Below are positions 6,954 through 14,396 of a DNA stretch of 53,655 nucleotides, piece by piece. The stretch spans positions 1 to 53,655 of the forward strand of contig JBBIUU010000009.1 in NCBI GenBank assembly GCA_037440125.1, in the 5' to 3' direction. Numbering within the stretch: position 1 is the stretch's first letter; the number at the start of each line of letters is the position of its first letter. The stretch is from Acidobacteriota bacterium (GTDB lineage: Bacteria > Acidobacteriota > UBA4820 > DSQY01). Under the pieces are notes generated by a model. That model had not been told where the DNA came from. It saw only the letters and a list, made by a program, of their open reading frames with translations, and searched no databases. A program made the translations under genes and the position numbers.

Positions 6954-9900
6954 CTACTCCGGTTCGGGCGTGACGGGCTCGTGGGTGCTCGCGTAGTTGT
7001 TCACACTACCCCGGCCCTGGGCGCAGAACTTGGAGGGGTCGGGGTTTCCGTGGGCGTCCACGTAGCCGTACTTCTTCAGCACGTCGTTCATCTTGCTCGG
7101 GTCGCTGTAGATCTCGTTGGCGGCCTGGGTCAGCCGCTGATCCCCGAGGGACTCGTTCACCGTGTTGGCGATCTTCTCGCTGCGGGTCACCGCCTTGGAG
7201 ATGTAGAGCGGGTCGTTGGGGTGGCCCTCCACGCCCTTGACCTGCTGCCCCATGACCTCGGCCACCTCCTTGGGAGGTATGGCGGTGGGGTCGCGGCCCG
7301 AGATGTCCGCGCCCTGGTAGTTGGCTTTGTTGAGCTCGTTCTGATCCACCACGCTCTGGCCCGAGACCCTGTTCGACCCCGAGACGTAGCCGTCGCCGTC
7401 GGTGCGATACCTCGTGCCCTCACCCTGGCTCGCCTGGCGGGAGGACGTGAAGCCGGAGGCGTAGGAGTCGCCCTTGCCCGAGCACGCGCCGATGCGGTCG
7501 TAAGAGCCGTAACCCACGTTCTTGGCGGCGTCCGCGGGGTTGGAGCCTCCGCTGTTGCCGAAGCCGCGGTTCTGGAGCTCGGCGGAGACGTTGCCCTCGT
7601 GGGAGGCCCGAAACTTCTGGCAGAGCTCGTCGTAGGCCTGCTCGCGGGTCATGCCCCGGTCCGCCGCGTAGTTCTTGAGGTCGCCCTCGTTGAACGTGGG
7701 GATGAGCGTGCGGTCCGCGTCGGTCCCGGCGCGAGCCGTCGGCCCCCGGGACATGGGGCCCCGAGCCGAGGAGCCGCTGTCGGCGACGATGACCTCGTCC
7801 ACGCGGACGCCCGTCTCCGACGGGAACCGGTTGACGGTGCTCACGGTGCCGTCGTGCACGGCGCCGTTGACCTGGGCCTGCAGGAGGGTGTTCAGCTTCT
7901 TGGCCTCGTCGCCCGAGATGTAGCCCTTCATCTGCATGTCGCTGAGGTTCTTGCCGCCGCCGTCCCGGTAGATCCCCGCGAGGACGTCGGGGTCTCCCGT
8001 GGCGATGGCCCGGCGGGCCTGCTGTTGGGCCGCCCACTCGGGCGTGCCGATGAGGGGGCTCTTCATGGCCGAGCCCGCTCCCTCGGTGGCGCCCTGGGTC
8101 AGGCCCTTCGGCAGCACGAGCCCCTCCTGTCCCGTGAGGATGTCCCCCGTGCGCTGCAGCCCGCTCTTGACGGAGCCCCCGAGCTCGCCGACGGTCTTCT
8201 TCCACGCGGCCGGGTCGAAGGCGTCGGTCACGCCCTTCACGCCGCCCGTGACGGTGGACTTGAGCCCGTTCCAGCCGCCCTTCGCGGCGCCTTTGAGGAT
8301 GTTCTCGCCGGCCATCTCGGCCTGGGCCATGCCCTTGATGGCCGACCCGCCCGTCTTGAGCGCCCCGCCGATGAGGGCCCCGCCGATCTCTTGCTTGATG
8401 GTCTCCTTGACCCCTTCCCACGTGGCCTCGAGGCCGTTGGCGCCCTTGTCGATGGCGTCCTTGGTCTTGTACATGGCGCCCGTGGGCGTGAAGATCCACT
8501 CGGACTGCCCCGCGGTCAGCATGCCGATGCCGACCCGCCCAAGGAGGCCGGGCCAAGACATCTTCCCGTCGCTCGTCTGGCACGTGGAGATGTTGCGCCC
8601 CGTCTCGTTCAGCGCCTGTTTCATGGAGTCGCCGTCGGTGTACCAGGGCTTCTCGGGAGGCGGGAGCTGGTCGGATGTGGTCCCGTCGATCCGGTGGCCG
8701 ATGGCGTCCCGAATCTGCTTGATCATGGCGGGGTCCAGCTTCTCGCCGTTGAGGAACTTGTTGATCTGGTCGCCCACGCGGCCGTACATGTCGCCCTTCG
8801 TGCCGTGGGCGTCCGGGTCCACCATGCCGCGATCCCAGGCCTCCTTCTGGAGCTTCTGGAGGTAATCGAGCTCGGCCTTGCTCTGGCGCATCTTGTCGCC
8901 CGCCTCGAGGAACTCCTTGCCGGGAGAGATGGTGCCCCGGTCGCGGGCGGTGTAGTCGAAGTCGCTCCCCTCCTTCTGGAGCTGGCCGTGGAGCTCGCCG
9001 AGGCGCCCGTTGAGCTGGTTGAGGCGCGTCTGCTGGTCGGTGGTGTCGAGGCCCGCCTGCTGGGCGCCCCGCATGACGGCCTCGAGGTGGGCCTTCTCCT
9101 CGGCTGCCGCCTTGAGGTCCTCCTGGCGGTCTTTGATCCACTGGTCCTTGTAGGCCTTGGCTTCGTTGGCGGCGGCCTCATCGGCCTCCCGCTTCGACTG
9201 CATGGCGTCGGCCTGGGCCTCCGCCGAGGAGGCCTCGTCCTCCTTGGACTTGATGTAGTCGTCGTACTGCTGCTTGAGGTTCTTGTAGCCGGGGTCGGAC
9301 TTGTCCGCCGAGGACTCCGAATCCTCCCACTGCTTCTTGTACTGGTCCGCCTCCGCGCGAGCCTTCTGCGCCGCCTCGCGGGCGGCCCTCTCATCGGGGG
9401 TCTCGCCGGAGGGGCCCGGACCGCCGGGTCCCGGTCCCGGCCCGCCGGGGGTCTGGCCGTTGGAGGGGAGGGGCGGCGGGTCGCCGGGTCCCGCGGGCGG
9501 CGGGGGCGTGGCGGCCGCCACGACGCCGATGGGCCCGACGGCTCCGGCATCGCCGACGCCGCCGAGCATGTTCTGGTCGAGGTACCCGACGTCCATCTTG
9601 AAGCAACCGACGTCCGCCGTATGGCTCGGGTGGAGGGCCACCCGGATGGGGTTGTACTCGGCCCACATGTGGCCGTGCATGACCCCTGCGCCCACGGCGG
9701 AACCCATGATGCCTCCCGCCGCGGCGGCCGCGAGGGCGCCGAAGCCCTGTCCCATGAAGGGGCCCACGTCCGCCGGTCCGAGGCCCGAGGGCAGCAGGCC
9801 CTGGCTGCGCGCCTGCCAGTCGCGGATGAGCTGGTCCCGCCAGCGCTGACGCTCCGCCTGGGCGGCGTACATGGCCCGGTCGTAGTCGAGGATCACGTCG

Positions 9901-11678
9901 CGCATGGGGTCGCGCCTCGGGCGGTGGCGCCCGCCGCCCGTTCCTTCGGACTGCGGTGCGGCCTGAGGCGCTTCGGCCACCGGCCCCGGGGCCTGCTGGG
10001 GGCCGGCGTGCCCGAGGTTCGGATTGGCGGGGCCGACGGGCGGTGAGATAGGAACGCCCAGCGCGGATTGGAGCTGGGAGACCTTACCGTTGGAGGACCC
10101 GAGCGCCGACCGCGCGGCGTTGAGACGGTCCGCCGCCGCGTTGCGCTGCTGGGCCGCGGCCTGGAACTCACGTTGCGCCTGAGCGCGCGCCTGGCGGGCC
10201 TGCTCGAGGCGGGCGGCCTCTTCCCGGGCTTTCTCTTGAGACGCGGCCGCGTTCCGCCGCGCCTCCTCGGCCTCGGCCTCCTTGGCGCGGATCTGCTCCT
10301 GGGCTTGCTCCTGTTTCCTCCGGGCCGCTTCGGCTTTCGCCTCCGCGTCCCGGTAAATTTTGAGGGTCTCTTCGTTCTTCTTGGACTGCTCCTCGGCCTC
10401 GCGCTCGAGCTTCGCGTGCTCCGCCTTAGCCTTCGCCAGGTCTTCGCGGGCGAAGTCACGTTTCGCTTCCTCGAGCCGGCGCGCCGAGTCGTTCTGAGCC
10501 AGGGCCTTCTTCGCGGCTTCGATGCGCTCGGGGGTGAGAGGCTTCCCGTCGGCGTCCACGCCCGTGTCGAGCGCGCGCTGGATCTCCTCGCGGTCCCTCT
10601 CAAGCTTGGCGGAGACCTTCTCCGAGGCCTTGATGTCCGACTGGAGCGTTTCCTCCTGCTTCTGGACGGAGGCTGCCTGATCCTTGAGCTGTTCCTCCCG
10701 ATAGCTGCCCTGCCGGAGGTCCGCATCGGCCCGATCGCGGAACCCGTCGAACTTGGCCGCCTCTTTCCCGGCCCGGTCCGCGTCCTCGGCGGTCCGGGCC
10801 ACTTGCTCGCCGATGGTGGCGGCTTGCCGGTTGTACTTCTCGGTGTCGGCGTTGGCGCTCTGGACGCCGGCCGCCGCGCCCCGCTCGTCGCCTTGCGCCA
10901 TCTGGACGTCCGCCGCCTTCTCGGCCACGGCTTGGTCGGCCTGCTCGAAGCGCCCCGAGGCGTTCCGCTCGTTCTGGGCCGCGCCCTGCTGCTCCGAGAG
11001 CGCCTGGCTCAGCTGGCGCTTCAGTGCCTCCTTGTTGGGCGGGCCGCCGTCGTGCATGACCTTCGCCCGCCCCGCTTGGAAGATCCGGGAGGCGATGCCG
11101 TAGGCGATGCGCGAGCCGAGGCCCGGCAGGAGGGCGTAGAGCGGCAGCGTGATGAAGTCCATGCGGGCGTAGGCGCCCCAGGTGAGGAGCGGGTGCGACT
11201 TGTTGAAGAGGTGGAACAGGTTCAGGTTCGAATCCTGGGGGAAGAGCCAGTAAGTGGCCGTGGTGAGGACGTCCCCCACCGCGAAGGCCAGGGTCATGAG
11301 GAGGGCCAGGATGGGGGAGAAGCACGAGGCCATGGGGAGGATCTGCGCTACGTAATTCGCCTCACCCAGGTGGTTCCATCGCTCGATCTTGGCCCCCGCC
11401 AGGAACATGAGGAGCAGCAGCGAAAGGAAGGAGAACCAGAAGAGGCCTCCCCCCAGCTTCTTCTTCATCCCCATGAGGAACCCGATCCCCGTGAGGTCGA
11501 GGAAGAGGGAGGCGAGGCAGCCCGGTCCCTTGGAGGGTGGCGCCTGCCGTGGCGAGGGGCGTTGCGCCTGCCGCTGGGGCACCTGGGCGCGGGCCTGCGC
11601 GGGGACCGCGGGGCGCTGCTGCGCGGGCTTGGCGGCGGGGCGGCCCGGGGGGCGCCCCTTGGGCGGCTGGGCGCTCAC
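6954..11678 (-). CDS. Giant (1,574 aa from the GTG) membrane-anchored coiled-coil protein; unknown function
   Basis: Track ORF 6954..12017. The start is placed at GTG 11676-11678, which forms a GTGA overlap with the upstream stop. An alternative ATG is at 11474. High GC3 and normal composition. Contains a Pro/Gln/Arg-rich N-terminus, four hydrophobic helices, long Ala/Glu/Lys/Arg/Gln heptad-like regions, Pro/Gly linkers, a Gly/Lys-rich region and a ~360-aa C-terminal region. Confidence 0.85.
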   Translation of the reverse strand: MSAQPPKGRPPGRPAAKPAQQRPAVPAQARAQVPQRQAQRPSPRQAPPSKGPGCLASLFLDLTGIGFLMGMKKKLGGGLFWFSFLSLLLLMFLAGAKIERWNHLGEANYVAQILPMASCFSPILALLMTLAFAVGDVLTTATYWLFPQDSNLNLFHLFNKSHPLLTWGAYARMDFITLPLYALLPGLGSRIAYGIASRIFQAGRAKVMHDGGPPNKEALKRQLSQALSEQQGAAQNERNASGRFEQADQAVAEKAADVQMAQGDERGAAAGVQSANADTEKYNRQAATIGEQVARTAEDADRAGKEAAKFDGFRDRADADLRQGSYREEQLKDQAASVQKQEETLQSDIKASEKVSAKLERDREEIQRALDTGVDADGKPLTPERIEAAKKALAQNDSARRLEEAKRDFAREDLAKAKAEHAKLEREAEEQSKKNEETLKIYRDAEAKAEAARRKQEQAQEQIRAKEAEAEEARRNAAASQEKAREEAARLEQARQARAQAQREFQAAAQQRNAAADRLNAARSALGSSNGKVSQLQSALGVPISPPVGPANPNLGHAGPQQAPGPVAEAPQAAPQSEGTGGGRHRPRRDPMRDVILDYDRAMYAAQAERQRWRDQLIRDWQARSQGLLPSGLGPADVGPFMGQGFGALAAAAAGGIMGSAVGAGVMHGHMWAEYNPIRVALHPSHTADVGCFKMDVGYLDQNMLGGVGDAGAVGPIGVVAAATPPPPAGPGDPPPLPSNGQTPGGPGPGPGGPGPSGETPDERAAREAAQKARAEADQYKKQWEDSESSADKSDPGYKNLKQQYDDYIKSKEDEASSAEAQADAMQSKREADEAAANEAKAYKDQWIKDRQEDLKAAAEEKAHLEAVMRGAQQAGLDTTDQQTRLNQLNGRLGELHGQLQKEGSDFDYTARDRGTISPGKEFLEAGDKMRQSKAELDYLQKLQKEAWDRGMVDPDAHGTKGDMYGRVGDQINKFLNGEKLDPAMIKQIRDAIGHRIDGTTSDQLPPPEKPWYTDGDSMKQALNETGRNISTCQTSDGKMSWPGLLGRVGIGMLTAGQSEWIFTPTGAMYKTKDAIDKGANGLEATWEGVKETIKQEIGGALIGGALKTGGSAIKGMAQAEMAGENILKGAAKGGWNGLKSTVTGGVKGVTDAFDPAAWKKTVGELGGSVKSGLQRTGDILTGQEGLVLPKGLTQGATEGAGSAMKSPLIGTPEWAAQQQARRAIATGDPDVLAGIYRDGGGKNLSDMQMKGYISGDEAKKLNTLLQAQVNGAVHDGTVSTVNRFPSETGVRVDEVIVADSGSSARGPMSRGPTARAGTDADRTLIPTFNEGDLKNYAADRGMTREQAYDELCQKFRASHEGNVSAELQNRGFGNSGGSNPADAAKNVGYGSYDRIGACSGKGDSYASGFTSSRQASQGEGTRYRTDGDGYVSGSNRVSGQSVVDQNELNKANYQGADISGRDPTAIPPKEVAEVMGQQVKGVEGHPNDPLYISKAVTRSEKIANTVNESLGDQRLTQAANEIYSDPSKMNDVLKKYGYVDAHGNPDPSKFCAQGRGSVNNYASTHEPVTPEPE

Positions 11679-13189
11679 GGGGCCTCCCACATCACCCACA
11701 GGCGGGCGTGGTCCCACGGCTGGGTGGAACCGCCGCGTTCGCTCGGCACGGCCTGGACGAACGCGAGGGCGCTGCCCGCGGCGGTGACGGCGAAGATGTC
11801 TTCGGTCGCGGCGGCGGGTGTGGCGGTGCCGCTCCGGAAGAGCCTGCGGGCCGCCTCCCGCGCCGGCTGGCCGCTCGCCCAGGCAGTCCCGGCGGGGCTG
11901 ACGGAGAGCGCCGCGAGGTTGGCGCGCACGGTGACCAGGTCGGAGGTCCATCGGCCCGGGCCCTCGAAGCGCACGAGGCGGGAGAAGCCGCCTGCCTCCG
12001 CCATCCAGGCCCAGCACGCCCCATCCGGGAGCGCCTGGAACCCCGAGACGGCAATCCCCTCAGGGGACCAGCGCGTTTCGGCCGTCCCGTCGAAGGAGAA
12101 GAGGCCCGGCGAGCCGTGGGGCGCCTGCGCCAGGTAGAAGACGCCGCTTTCCGAGGGCTGGGCCTTGAACCTGCGAAGGGGCCGCGGACCGAGCGGTGTC
12201 AGCGCGACCGCGCGGCCGCCGAGGGCGCATTCCACGGGGACCTCGGCGGGGAGGACCCTGACGTTCTCGCTGTCCCGTTCCATCCGGGCATAGTCGAATC
12301 CCCGGGTGAAGAGCGGTGCATCCCATTCCTCCGACCAGCCGCAGAGCCTGGGGAACTGGCCGTCGGCCAACGGCTCGAGCGCCCAGGCCCTGGTCCCACG
12401 GTGCAGCTCCCAGAGGCCGATGCCCGAGCCTTCCACGAACGCGACGCGGCTCCCGTCGCGAGAGAAGCAGGGTGCGAGGATCTCGTTTCCGGACGAAGCC
12501 AGGAATGAGACCTCTCGGCCTCCTGCGTCGAATAGGGCGAGCCCCGCGGGCCGGGCGCCCGATGCGGGGAGGGGAAGGGTAAAGCGTTTACCGTCGGGTG
12601 ACCACGCCGCCATGGACGCCTGGACGTCGAGCGCGTAAGGCGTGAGTCGCCTGGGCGCGGCCCATCCGCGGCGCAGGAGGAAGGCGGCCAGGCCGTCGCG
12701 GAGGTCCGTGACGCCGTCGCCGTCGGTGTCCGGTCCGCGCCGGGCGAAGAGGATCGACGAGCCGTCCGGCGAGAGGCACGGCGAGAGGTCGCAGGCGAAC
12801 CCCTTGGCCACCCTCTCGGCGCCGGGGAGCGCGGTCGGCTCGCCGGGGGACGTGCCCGGGGATGCGGCGAGCAACGCCAGGCCGAGGCATGCAGCCCCGG
12901 GAAGCACCCTCCTGACTCCCACGAGGAGGACGAGCGCCGCCAGGGCGAGCCCGCCGCCCCCCGCAGCGCCGATGAGCCAGAGGCCGGTGTCCGCGCCCTC
13001 GTGCCGCCTCAGGAACTCCATGTTCCCGCTGTGGCAGGCGATGCACGGCTGGGAGGGCAGCGTAGCGACGTCGGCGCCGTGGCAGGAGAGGCAGGCGCCC
13101 GACCCGAGCTCCGGCCGGGGTGTCGCGACGGCGGCCGTGCCCATCAGCAGGACCGCCGACGCGAGGAGGAGCGCGCGGCCGGCCCTCAC
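11675..13189 (-). CDS. Di-haem cytochrome c motif protein fused to a TolB-like (PD40/WD40-like) beta-propeller region
   Basis: GTG start at 13187-13189 forms a GTGA overlap with the upstream stop. Signal-like RAGRALLLASAVLLMGTAAVA. Two CxxCH motifs (CLSCH, CIACH). Two hydrophobic segments. Repeated SPDGSSILFA, SPDGKRFTL and SRDGSRVAFVE motifs are typical of PD40 repeats. Confidence 0.8.
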   Translation of the reverse strand: MRAGRALLLASAVLLMGTAAVATPRPELGSGACLSCHGADVATLPSQPCIACHSGNMEFLRRHEGADTGLWLIGAAGGGGLALAALVLLVGVRRVLPGAACLGLALLAASPGTSPGEPTALPGAERVAKGFACDLSPCLSPDGSSILFARRGPDTDGDGVTDLRDGLAAFLLRRGWAAPRRLTPYALDVQASMAAWSPDGKRFTLPLPASGARPAGLALFDAGGREVSFLASSGNEILAPCFSRDGSRVAFVEGSGIGLWELHRGTRAWALEPLADGQFPRLCGWSEEWDAPLFTRGFDYARMERDSENVRVLPAEVPVECALGGRAVALTPLGPRPLRRFKAQPSESGVFYLAQAPHGSPGLFSFDGTAETRWSPEGIAVSGFQALPDGACWAWMAEAGGFSRLVRFEGPGRWTSDLVTVRANLAALSVSPAGTAWASGQPAREAARRLFRSGTATPAAATEDIFAVTAAGSALAFVQAVPSERGGSTQPWDHARLWVMWEAP

Positions 13190-13734
13190 GGGGAACCCTC
13201 CAACGCGCGCTCCCACAGGGCTTGGCACGAGGGGCAGAGGGAGGCGGGACGGTCTTCCACGCCCATGGGGTGGGGGCGCTCGCTGAGGGCGCAGTCCCAC
13301 CGGTCGCAGTGCTCGAGACCGAACGCGTGGGCGAGCTCGTGGCGAAGGACGCCCTGGGCACCCTCGATGTCGAGCCCGTGGCAGGAAGCGAGTGCAAGAC
13401 CCGTCCCCGCGCGGGAGATTCCGCGGATGGGGATTCCGTGTCCGTCCGTGAGGGGGCGGTGCGTCACGCCCAGGAGCGGGCGCGCCGGTTGCCGGGCCTC
13501 GAGGTAGTCCAGCAGGAGCAGCGCGTCGGAAGAGCCCACGGACCAGGGTTCCACGGAGAGCATGTCGACGGGTAGCGGCTGGAAGGTTCGAGAGAGGGGC
13601 AGGCCCGGAGGCAGGAACCCATCGGCGAGGACGCCGACGTTGATGGCGCTCCGGAAAGCGGATGCCCCCTTCTGTGCCAATGCCCCCTCCCCGAGGTGCA
13701 CCTCAACCTTAGGGGACGCGGATTCAGGTGTCAA
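13186..13734 (-). CDS. Archaemetzincin-like zinc metalloprotease (peptidase M54-like)
   Basis: HELAHAFGLEHCDRWDC...(16)...CPSC closely follows the archaemetzincin signature HExxHxxGx3Cx4C...CxxC. The track start is TTG at 13734, 16 nt after the pilin stop. An in-frame GTG 33 nt downstream is an alternative start. Confidence 0.75.
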   Translation of the reverse strand: MTPESASPKVEVHLGEGALAQKGASAFRSAINVGVLADGFLPPGLPLSRTFQPLPVDMLSVEPWSVGSSDALLLLDYLEARQPARPLLGVTHRPLTDGHGIPIRGISRAGTGLALASCHGLDIEGAQGVLRHELAHAFGLEHCDRWDCALSERPHPMGVEDRPASLCPSCQALWERALEGSP

Positions 13735-13750
13735 GCATCGTGACCGGGAG

Positions 13751-14248
13751 TCAGTTGCAGCGTCTCTGCTTGCCTTCGGGGCGCACCATGAAGAAGTCGT
13801 TCACCCAGACGATGTCGTTCTCCAGGCACACCGTCGAATGGGGCGTGTCGGCCAGGATGCCGGGGAAGTCGAGCGAATCGGCGGCGTTGCCCTTGCCCAG
13901 CGAGCGGACCGCGAAGTCCTGCTGATTGTCGGCCACGGCGTACTGGTACGGCAGGCCCCAGGGATCCGGGTTCGGGACCGCCTTGATGTAGTACGGGGCG
14001 AGGTCCTGCATGCCCGCGATCGCGTCGGTCCCCGTGTAGGTCGTGCTCGACGCCGGGAACTGGTTCAGGTCCGCGAAGCTGGAGTTGCACGCCATGGCCA
14101 TCCCTCGGACCTCGCCCATGGCTCGCTTCTGTTTGGCGCGCTGGATGGCGGTCAGGAGGTTCGGTATGGCGATGGCCGCGATGATGCCGATGATGGCGAC
14201 GACGATGAGGAGTTCGATGAGGGTAAAGCCCCGCTCCCTGGATCCCAT
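13751..14248 (-). CDS. Prepilin-type N-terminal cleavage/methylation domain protein (type IV pilin or pseudopilin-like)
   Basis: MGSRERG/FTLIELLIVVAIIGIIAAIAIPNLL is a canonical class III signal peptide plus hydrophobic helix. GGAGGG lies upstream of the ATG. Two C-terminal Cys residues are present. Confidence 0.9.
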   Translation of the reverse strand: MGSRERGFTLIELLIVVAIIGIIAAIAIPNLLTAIQRAKQKRAMGEVRGMAMACNSSFADLNQFPASSTTYTGTDAIAGMQDLAPYYIKAVPNPDPWGLPYQYAVADNQQDFAVRSLGKGNAADSLDFPGILADTPHSTVCLENDIVWVNDFFMVRPEGKQRRCN

Positions 14249-14283
14249 GGACCCTCCGACCGACAGGCTTTAAGGGATGGCTG

Positions 14284-14300
14284 TAGCAAGAGCGATACCA
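14284..14300 (-). promoter_or_regulatory. Candidate sigma54 (-24/-12) promoter upstream of the pilin-led operon
   Basis: The minus strand reads TGGTATCGCTCTTGCTA. The GG and GC dinucleotides have exactly the consensus spacing of TGGCACG-N4-TTGC. The element lies ~36 nt upstream of the ATG at 14248. Confidence 0.45.
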
Positions 14301-14396
14301 GCCCCTCAAGGCCTAATAGTGGGCATTTCATAGGGAATTTGGCCCTAAAGTGGCAATCGTTGGACAAACGAGCTGACGAAGATTGTCACTTGGTGG

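Noticed and set aside
7704-7778. Nucleotidyltransferase-like motif GSSARG...(x11)...TDADRTLIP in the C-terminal region of the giant protein.
   Set aside because: It resembles the minimal NTase GS-x-ARG...SD-x-D-hhh pattern. However, the Gly-Ser to Asp-x-Asp spacing (16 residues) is outside the usual 9-13 range, and I cannot see the downstream third acidic residue or helix motifs. It is too weak to call without a profile search.
6954-11678. Giant protein considered as a ZorA-like (Zorya) or TolA-like protein.
   Set aside because: An N-terminal TM bundle plus a long helical tail superficially recalls ZorA, and the Ala/Lys/Glu composition recalls TolA domain II. No ZorB/MotB-, ZorC/D- or TolQ/R/Pal-like genes are adjacent. 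The TM block lacks the large MotA-type cytoplasmic loop. Kept only as a compositional analogy.
11679-12017. N-terminal 113-codon extension of the giant ORF (track start at 12017).
   Set aside because: It overlaps the 3-prime end of the PD40 gene, and its translation is Arg/Pro/Gly junk. A GTG forming a GTGA stop-start overlap at 11675-11678 is a far better start.
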